From a virus (Duplodnaviria > Caudoviricetes): a stretch of 25,098 nucleotides of DNA. The stretch spans positions 1 through 25,098 of IMG/VR virus record IMGVR_UViG_3300049917_000088. One strand, written 5' to 3'. The first letter of the stretch is position 1. Each line of letters opens with the position of its first letter. The translations under genes and the position numbers were made by a program. Positions 16,007-22,051 of this stretch are shown here, piece by piece. A model generated the notes under the pieces. The model worked only from the letters and a program-made list of their open reading frames with translations. It searched no databases and was not told the origin of the DNA.

Positions 16007-16534
16007 ATGGCGCCGAATGATGGTACGCTCTTGATGGAGAGCGCCAGAATCGTCTTCCGGAATTTCGCCGGCAAGGAAGGGATGTACAACCGCGAGGGAG
16101 ACAGGAACTTCTGCGTCCTTCTCGACGCGGACCTCGCTGAGCAGATGGACAAGGACGGCTGGAACGTCAAGGCCCTTCGCGCGCGCGAGGCAGGGGAACC
16201 GGACCAGCCTTACCTGCAGGTGTCGGTGGGATTCAAGGGGCGACCTCCGCGAATCGTGATGATCACTTCCCGAGGCCGTACGGATCTGGACGAGGAGACC
16301 TGCGATCTCCTGGACTGGGCGGATCTGAGAAACGTCGATCTCATCGTTCGTCCCTACGAGTGGACGGTCAACGGGAAGAGCGGCGTGAAGGCCTACCTCA
16401 AGTCGATCTTCGTGACGATCGAGGAAGACTACCTCGAGCTGAAGTACGCCAACGTCCCGCAGCTAGGGGGCGGTGAGGACGTCAAGGCGATCGAGGGCCG
16501 TCCACACTTCGACTACGAGGGCGAGGTTGTGTGA
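16007..16534 (+). CDS. Single-stranded DNA-binding protein (putative)
   Basis: ATG 16007 after GAGGAG; RIVFRNFAGKE...DRNFCV...GVKAYLKS, acidic tail; replication context. Confidence 0.7.
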   Translation: MAPNDGTLLMESARIVFRNFAGKEGMYNREGDRNFCVLLDADLAEQMDKDGWNVKALRAREAGEPDQPYLQVSVGFKGRPPRIVMITSRGRTDLDEETCDLLDWADLRNVDLIVRPYEWTVNGKSGVKAYLKSIFVTIEEDYLELKYANVPQLGGGEDVKAIEGRPHFDYEGEVV

Positions 16535-17265
16535 TGGGTAAATTCGTCCACCGCATCGTCAAAAACAAAGAAGTCGAAGCGATCCAGTTCCTCGGGAACA
16601 ATCTCGAAGAGATCTGGGAGGTCTTCGGGGAAGACGGAATCTACGGGATTTACTGGAATGGTGGAAATCTTCCAATCCACCTGAATGTCCTCAGATTTGA
16701 CGGGACCACTCAACAGGCCTACGCCAACTACTGGTTGGTGGCGGACGGAATCCCTGGAACTTTCTCCGTCTACAGTCCATCCGAGTTCGAGCACCTTTAC
16801 GTTCCGAAGAAGATCACGACAATCAAGTCTCCGAGAAGAGGCGTCTTCGACCCCGAGATCGATGGACCTACCAGAAAATCCCAGTGCACGATTCCCAATT
16901 GTAGGGATCACGACGACGAGGAAGACGACGAAATGACCATGTCCCCGATCGACAACCCGTCCACTCACTCGGTGGTTCTCTCGGTCCAGACCAACACGCC
17001 GGTTGGATGGACGCTAGCCTTCGAGCAGTTGTCCCGCCTGGCGGCAGATCTGGGCGTCGATTACCCCGCGGTGAACGTCTCGTCGTACCTGGTCGGGACG
17101 GGTCAGGACGAAGACGACCTGTACGAGAAGGAGCTCATCTACGACGAGAACACCCTCAACAAGGCTCTCAAGGCTTTGGCGGTCAAGGGTTACGTTCCGA
17201 GCGTGGCGCTCGACATCATCAACGGTCTGCTCGGCGCCGGCATCCTCATTCGCGAACGGCGATGA
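16531..17265 (+). CDS. Composite hypothetical protein (N-terminal VEAIQ-family domain)
   Basis: KEVEAIQF...YWLV...FEHLY followed by unrelated segments. Confidence 0.65.
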   Translation: MMGKFVHRIVKNKEVEAIQFLGNNLEEIWEVFGEDGIYGIYWNGGNLPIHLNVLRFDGTTQQAYANYWLVADGIPGTFSVYSPSEFEHLYVPKKITTIKSPRRGVFDPEIDGPTRKSQCTIPNCRDHDDEEDDEMTMSPIDNPSTHSVVLSVQTNTPVGWTLAFEQLSRLAADLGVDYPAVNVSSYLVGTGQDEDDLYEKELIYDENTLNKALKALAVKGYVPSVALDIINGLLGAGILIRERR

Positions 17266-17852
17266 TGCGGATCATCCGAAAGTGGGTTTATCGCTTAGGC
17301 TTTAGACCCGCTCTCGGATCGATCTTCCATAGTCCGTCCTGGATAAGTACGGATGTCTACGAAAGTTTCAAACGGAGCTTCGACGAGGCATCAAGAAGGA
17401 CTGATAAACCCGTGATCTATGGTCTGCACGAAGACGGATCGCACTGCACGAACTACGTCTGCAGTCTCCGTCACATCACTGCCGAGGAACTCCAAGAACT
17501 CAGAGAAGAAGGGTTGCTAAAGACCATGGTGGATCTAAAGCCGGAAGTCGAGAACGAGCTCCTCCAGACAGATCAGCAGGCCTCGCTCGAATCCCTGACC
17601 TTCCCGCAGAAGGCGGTGGCCCTGGTCTACGGCTACGTCAAAACCAATCTCGAGAAGACCGACACACACTTCGCATTCGGCGAGGACGACGTCTACCTGG
17701 TCTGGTTCTGCAAGACGCTGCAGAATTGGAAGGCCCTAATCTCCACGACCCTGCCCGACGGCATGTACTACGAGGTCACCTACAACGGCGACAAGCGCGA
17801 GACCTACATCGACGCGTACAAGAAGTTCAACAACATCTGCGTTCCGGACTAA
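17262..17852 (+). CDS. Protein with C-terminal DUF6275-like domain
   Basis: ATGA overlap at 17262; VYLVWFCKTLQNWKALISTTLPDGMYYEVTYNGDK...YIDAYKK. Confidence 0.75.
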   Translation: MMRIIRKWVYRLGFRPALGSIFHSPSWISTDVYESFKRSFDEASRRTDKPVIYGLHEDGSHCTNYVCSLRHITAEELQELREEGLLKTMVDLKPEVENELLQTDQQASLESLTFPQKAVALVYGYVKTNLEKTDTHFAFGEDDVYLVWFCKTLQNWKALISTTLPDGMYYEVTYNGDKRETYIDAYKKFNNICVPD

Positions 17853-17906
17853 GCAACAACTCCGGCCACTAACCCGTCCGATGAAGATCCCCGAAACGAG
17901 GCAATT

Positions 17907-18368
17907 GTGAAGACGACACGCTTCATGCGAAAGCCGTTCTACGTCGATGCGGTCAGGGTGACCGACGAGAACATGGAGGATGTCGCCGAGTGGTGTCAGG
18001 GCGACGTTCGCCAGACCAACCCAAAGGGCGACGTTCCGCCCCAGAATTTCGTGAAGGTCAGGGTTCTGCGCCCACTGAACGAGCGCCAGTGCATGGCCTA
18101 CTCGGGCGACTGGGTCCTCTATGCCGGCACGGGCTACAAGGTCTACTCGGACAAGGCCTTCAAGCAGAGCTTCGTTGCCGAGCAACCGTTGTGGGTAACC
18201 ACCACGGCACTTGAGGAAGAAGCGTCTGGTTGGGCGGACGACGCGGTACGACTCGGATTTCTGCGAGCCGCGCGCGAACCTAACGGACCGGTCAAGCCAA
18301 AGGTGACGCCGGCCACAACGCCTCACTCGGTGATGTCTCCGCGACCCGTTGATCCCAGGCTGCTCTGA
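17907..18368 (+). CDS. VEAIQ-family paralog 3
   Basis: RKPFYVDAVRVT...AYSGDWVL...FKQSF. Confidence 0.7.
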   Translation: MKTTRFMRKPFYVDAVRVTDENMEDVAEWCQGDVRQTNPKGDVPPQNFVKVRVLRPLNERQCMAYSGDWVLYAGTGYKVYSDKAFKQSFVAEQPLWVTTTALEEEASGWADDAVRLGFLRAAREPNGPVKPKVTPATTPHSVMSPRPVDPRLL

Positions 18369-18374
18369 CGGCTG

Positions 18375-18422
18375 AAGGTTAGGGATAGGGTTCCCAGACC
18401 CTTGAACTCTGTCCCTTTCCTT
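18375..18422 (+). other. Long RNA hairpin
   Basis: AGGGATAGGGTTC/GAACTCTGTCCCT (13 bp, G-U pairs favour + strand), loop CCAGACCCTT, AAGG/CCTT extension. Confidence 0.7.
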
Positions 18423-18463
18423 GAGGTGGATAGAAAGCCTCAATCCTCGACGAAAGGAATCAC

Positions 18464-18721
18464 ATGCTGGGAAGCGACGAGATCGCGAACCGCGTCGGTC
18501 CACACAAGGCCAGAACGGATTTCGAGATCGGCGAACAGAACGCCGCGCACAATTTCACCAGCCGGATCTTCCTCCAGGTCATGAACGAGCTCGACCAGAT
18601 CGTCCCGGACGGTCGCTGCAAGGAGATCGCGTTCGCTCAGATGGAGACAGCGCTCATGTGGGCGAACAAGGGTATCGCCGAGCAGTTCCCGCTTGTGGCG
18701 TACGTGGACGACCAGCCGTAA
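18464..18721 (+). CDS. Acb2/Tad1-like helical hairpin protein (candidate signalling-nucleotide sponge)
   Basis: VPDGRCKEIAFAQMETALMWANKGIA fits the P-x-x-R-x-K-x-x-A-x-x-x-x-E-x-A-x-MWAN-x-x-IA pattern. Confidence 0.6.
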   Translation: MLGSDEIANRVGPHKARTDFEIGEQNAAHNFTSRIFLQVMNELDQIVPDGRCKEIAFAQMETALMWANKGIAEQFPLVAYVDDQP

Positions 18722-18739
18722 CCACACTGCGGCTGGTAA

Positions 18740-18784
18740 GAGAAAGGGTACGAACTTGTCGCATTCTTGTTCGTGCCCTTTCTC
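18740..18784 (+). other. Long RNA hairpin
   Basis: GAGAAAGGGTACGAAC/GTTCGTGCCCTTTCTC (16 bp, 1 G-U), 13-nt loop, no T-run. Confidence 0.75.
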
Positions 18785-18827
18785 GCTTGTAGACGTTTCA
18801 AATAGAGTCACTCCGAAAGGAAAAGTA

Positions 18828-19061
18828 ATGGCCGTCTCTGTCGTTGTCGACGTTGTCATCTCCGCCATGATCGGCTTCTTCGCCGGCGCCATCGCGTTCT
18901 GGACCCACAACGAAACCGAGTTGAAGGAGACTATTCGTTACTACGAGCTGGAACTCAAGAACCAGCACTGGGACTCCTACCATCAGGGCTGGACTCATGC
19001 CGTGGAAAGCCTACGGAACAACCAAGAAACCCAACAACTTAAACGACCTCGGAATTCATAG
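18828..19061 (+). CDS. Small membrane protein
   Basis: ATG 18828 after GAAAGGA; N-terminal TM. Confidence 0.7.
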   Translation: MAVSVVVDVVISAMIGFFAGAIAFWTHNETELKETIRYYELELKNQHWDSYHQGWTHAVESLRNNQETQQLKRPRNS

Positions 19062-19065
19062 AAAA

Positions 19066-19101
19066 AAAGACAGGGCGCTGATAACAAGGCGTCTTGTTTT
19101 T
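19066..19101 (+). terminator. Intrinsic terminator
   Basis: AAGACAGGGCGCT/GGCGTCTTGTTTT stem, loop GATAACAA, T-run. Confidence 0.7.
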
Positions 19102-19115
19102 GCCTGGAGGGATAA

Positions 19116-19310
19116 ATGATGACCTTTCCGAAACGAGAAGAAGTTCTGCCTTGGGCTGGATGGGGGTGGAACCGATGCGGGGCTGTCAAGGAAAAGAACT
19201 TCGCTGGGTTCTGGGGGAGATGTGAGCTGAAGAAGCGTCACCTGGGCGATCATGCTTTGGAGAGGGGTATGGTCGTTGCGCGTTGGTCTACGGCGTGGAC
19301 GTCATGGTAG
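19116..19310 (+). CDS. Hypothetical protein
   Basis: RBS GGAGGG; 64 aa; overlaps the helicase start. Confidence 0.55.
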   Translation: MMTFPKREEVLPWAGWGWNRCGAVKEKNFAGFWGRCELKKRHLGDHALERGMVVARWSTAWTSW

Positions 19311-20506
19311 ATCTATATCCTCATCAGCAGGATGCTCTTGGTGAGCTCAGTAACGGTAAGATCCTTCGAGGTGGTACGGGATCAGGCAAATCTCGAGTAG
19401 CCGCGGCGTACTATATGAAGGTGGAGGCAGACGCTGATGTCTACGTCATCACAACAGCCAAAAAGCGAAACTCCCTTGACTGGGAAGGAGAATTCGCCAA
19501 ACACGGAATCGGCAAACATCTCAACGCCACCATGGCCGGAGCTCTCACTGTCGATTCTTGGAACAATATCGGAAAGTACAGAGACGTCAAGGGAGGATTC
19601 TTCATATTCGATGAACAGCGCCTTGTGGGATCCGGGGAGTGGTCCTCGGTATTCATCAAGATTGCTAAACACAATAACTGGATCTTGCTGACTGCTACGC
19701 CGGGTGACACTTGGATGGACTACATCCCTGTGTTCATAGCCAACGGGTTCTACAAGAACCGCACGGAATTCAAGCGAGACCACGTCGTCTACAATACCTA
19801 TTCCAAATTTCCAAAGGTAGATCACTATGTCAATGTGGGAAAGCTGGTCAGACTTCGGAACCAACTACTCGTCGACATGCCGTATATGCGACACACAGTA
19901 CGGCATATTCAGGAGGTGGAGGTTTCGTACGATAAGGCAACATTCGATCTGGTGTTGAAGAAGAGGTGGAACATATGGAAGAACCAGCCGTTGAAGAATG
20001 TGGCGGAGTTGTTTTCTGCCATGCGGAGAGTTGTCAACTCGGATCCTTCGAGGGTGGCAGCCGTATCACAACTCCTGTCCCGCCATCCGCGTTTGATTGT
20101 GTTCTACAACTTCGACTACGAGCTCGAGCTTTTGAGGGGGCTGAAAGACTCGATCAGTTCAAACCTACTGGAGTTCGAAATAGCGGAGTGGAATGGACAC
20201 AAGCACGAACCGGTGCCGACTAGCGATCGTTGGTTGTACCTTGTGCAGTATGTGGCGGGGGCGGAAGCATGGGAATGTGTTACTACGGACGCCATGATCC
20301 TCTACTCTTACACGTACTCGTACAAGACTTGGGTGCAGGCCTTTGGTCGAAACGACCGCATGAACACGCCATTTAAGGACCTGTACTACTACATACTGCG
20401 GTCTAATTCCTACATAGATGTAGGAATTAAAAAGGCACTTGATGGGAAGGAAAGCTTCAACGAACGAAAAGTTGCCTCTAAATTTATGATCAAGTCTGGC
20501 GATTAG
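19304..20506 (+). CDS. SF2 (SNF2-like) DNA helicase
   Basis: [31 protein letters not shown]. Confidence 0.85.
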   Translation: MVDLYPHQQDALGELSNGKILRGGTGSGKSRVAAAYYMKVEADADVYVITTAKKRNSLDWEGEFAKHGIGKHLNATMAGALTVDSWNNIGKYRDVKGGFFIFDEQRLVGSGEWSSVFIKIAKHNNWILLTATPGDTWMDYIPVFIANGFYKNRTEFKRDHVVYNTYSKFPKVDHYVNVGKLVRLRNQLLVDMPYMRHTVRHIQEVEVSYDKATFDLVLKKRWNIWKNQPLKNVAELFSAMRRVVNSDPSRVAAVSQLLSRHPRLIVFYNFDYELELLRGLKDSISSNLLEFEIAEWNGHKHEPVPTSDRWLYLVQYVAGAEAWECVTTDAMILYSYTYSYKTWVQAFGRNDRMNTPFKDLYYYILRSNSYIDVGIKKALDGKESFNERKVASKFMIKSGD

Positions 20507-20517
20507 GACATTTCGTC

Positions 20518-20625
20518 TGCCAAAAAACCAAATTTGAAGCTAAAACTTATTTTTTAAAGTCAACTTAATATTACAATAATACTAAGTTGAATAAAATAAA
20601 AAAGTTTTCGCTCAAAATCTTGGCA
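20518..20625. other. AT-rich imperfect palindrome, candidate replication origin
   Basis: Nested arms TGCCAA/TTGGCA, TTTGA/TCAAA, AAAACTT/AAGTTTT, TCAACTTA/TAAGTTGA, TATTA/TAATA; by far the most AT-rich stretch. Confidence 0.6.
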
Positions 20626-20660
20626 AATCACAAAGTAGGACATAACGGAAGGCTGGGTTT

Positions 20661-21149
20661 GTGAGAGAAATTTGGAAGAAAGTTGATCTCTTTCCAGATT
20701 ACTCTGTGAGTAATTATGGAGAAGTTCGTAACGACAGGAAAGGCGTACTTAGAAGACCCAGCAGGAACCAACAAGGTCTTCCCACGATCAACCTCCGCAA
20801 AGACGGTTCGCTCTACTGTCGCTCACTCTCCGTTCTGGTAGCTAGAACATTCATCGAACCCGATGAAGAAAGATTCGACACTGTCATCAGTCTGAACGGA
20901 GACCGATTTAATTGTCGTGTCGATAATCTGCTCTGGCGTCCTAGGCCTTTCGCCATACGGTATCACTGGCAGCTCGAGCAAGAGTTCTTTCAAAAACGCA
21001 CACGCCCTGTGGCCGTAATTCAAACTGGAGAGCGTTTCGGTGATGTCAGTGAAGCAGCTATGGCGTATGGTTTGATTCACGCACATATCCAAATCTCTTG
21101 CATAGAACAAACGCCAGTGTTCCCTACTGACCAGATCTTCGTTTGGTAA
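20661..21149 (+). CDS. NUMOD4-HNH-like protein, catalytic His apparently missing
   Basis: EIWKKV..FPDYSVSNYGEVRN (NUMOD4); LVARTF; VISLNGDRFNCRVDNLLW; NUMOD1-like C-terminus. Confidence 0.75.
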   Translation: MREIWKKVDLFPDYSVSNYGEVRNDRKGVLRRPSRNQQGLPTINLRKDGSLYCRSLSVLVARTFIEPDEERFDTVISLNGDRFNCRVDNLLWRPRPFAIRYHWQLEQEFFQKRTRPVAVIQTGERFGDVSEAAMAYGLIHAHIQISCIEQTPVFPTDQIFVW

Positions 21150-21156
21150 TATTAAC

Positions 21157-21186
21157 CAGCGTGTAAAACATGCGATATAATAGAAG
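21157..21186 (+). promoter_or_regulatory. Variant copy of the repeated promoter
   Basis: CAGCG-TGTAA-AACA-TGCGA-TATAATAGAAG; same spacing, last 11 nt identical to copy 2. Confidence 0.65.
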
Positions 21187-21228
21187 GGGTAGAAACAAGC
21201 ATCTTAATTTTGACTGAAAGGAGGAAGT

Positions 21229-21549
21229 GTGCTTGAGAGTGTGTATCAGGCTCGGTTGATCAAGAAGCTGCACAAGTTGTTTCCTGGTTGTATCGTTCTG
21301 AAGAATGATACCGAGTACAAGCAGGGCTTCCCCGATCTCACCATTCTCTACCACACCATGTGGGCAGTGCTTGAAGTGAAAGCCGACGAAGACTCTCCCA
21401 TTCGACCGAATCAGAACTACTACGTCGAAAAGCTTAACGAGATGTCCTTCGCTGCCTTCATCTACCCTCAGAACGAAGAGGCAGTCCTACATGAACTTCA
21501 ACAAGCATTCGAACCTCGCAGGCCTTCACGCGTTTCTCTCCCCCAGTAG
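21229..21549 (+). CDS. VRR-NUC domain nuclease
   Basis: ESVYQ...GFPDL...LEVK...RPNQ. Confidence 0.85.
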   Translation: MLESVYQARLIKKLHKLFPGCIVLKNDTEYKQGFPDLTILYHTMWAVLEVKADEDSPIRPNQNYYVEKLNEMSFAAFIYPQNEEAVLHELQQAFEPRRPSRVSLPQ

Positions 21550-22051
21550 CTACCACTGGGTAAACTACGACGAAGACAAACTAGACCGCGTCTTCTTCAC
21601 CAATGAAGCAGCGCGAAGAGGTACCGAGATTCATGCCTTTGCTCATGAGGCGATTCGTCTGGGCATCAAGCTACCCGTTAGCAGGAAGACACTGAACCTC
21701 TACGTCAATGATGCGATTGGGTATCGCATGACGCCAGAGCAGACGTTGTTCTACTCCCCTAACTGTTTCGGGTGTGCTGATGCTCTTGGTTTCCGTCGAG
21801 ACACCCTACGAATTCACGACCTCAAGACAGGGGTCACGCCGGCAGGAATGACGCAGCTGAAAATCTATGCTGCTCTCTTCTGTCTCGAGTACAGATTCAA
21901 ACCAAGTGAGATCAAGATGGAACTTCGTATGTATCAGAACGATGACATCGAAGTTCTTGTCCCTGACCCTATGGACATAGTCTTGATCATGGACAAGATA
22001 GTCACCTTCGACAAGCGGATTGCTGAGCTAAGATTGGAGGGACCGTTGTGA
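21491..22051 (+). CDS. PD-(D/E)XK exonuclease (Cas4/RecB-like)
   Basis: LSPSS, GTEIH, GCADAL, IHDLKTG, QLKIYA. Confidence 0.8.
   Translation: MNFNKHSNLAGLHAFLSPSSYHWVNYDEDKLDRVFFTNEAARRGTEIHAFAHEAIRLGIKLPVSRKTLNLYVNDAIGYRMTPEQTLFYSPNCFGCADALGFRRDTLRIHDLKTGVTPAGMTQLKIYAALFCLEYRFKPSEIKMELRMYQNDDIEVLVPDPMDIVLIMDKIVTFDKRIAELRLEGPL

Noticed and set aside
17877-17897. CCGATGA...GAAAC resembling a hammerhead core
   Set aside because: CUGA is not intact and stems I-III cannot be formed convincingly
18394-18403. Hairpin loop CCAGACCCTT is complementary to 24049-24058 in the RNAP gene
   Set aside because: Single 10-nt match in mid-CDS; plausible by chance in 25 kb given several loops were examined
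21491-22051. Cas4-like nuclease as evidence of a CRISPR system
   Set aside because: No repeat-spacer array or other cas genes, and no four-Cys Fe-S pattern; typical stand-alone phage exonuclease
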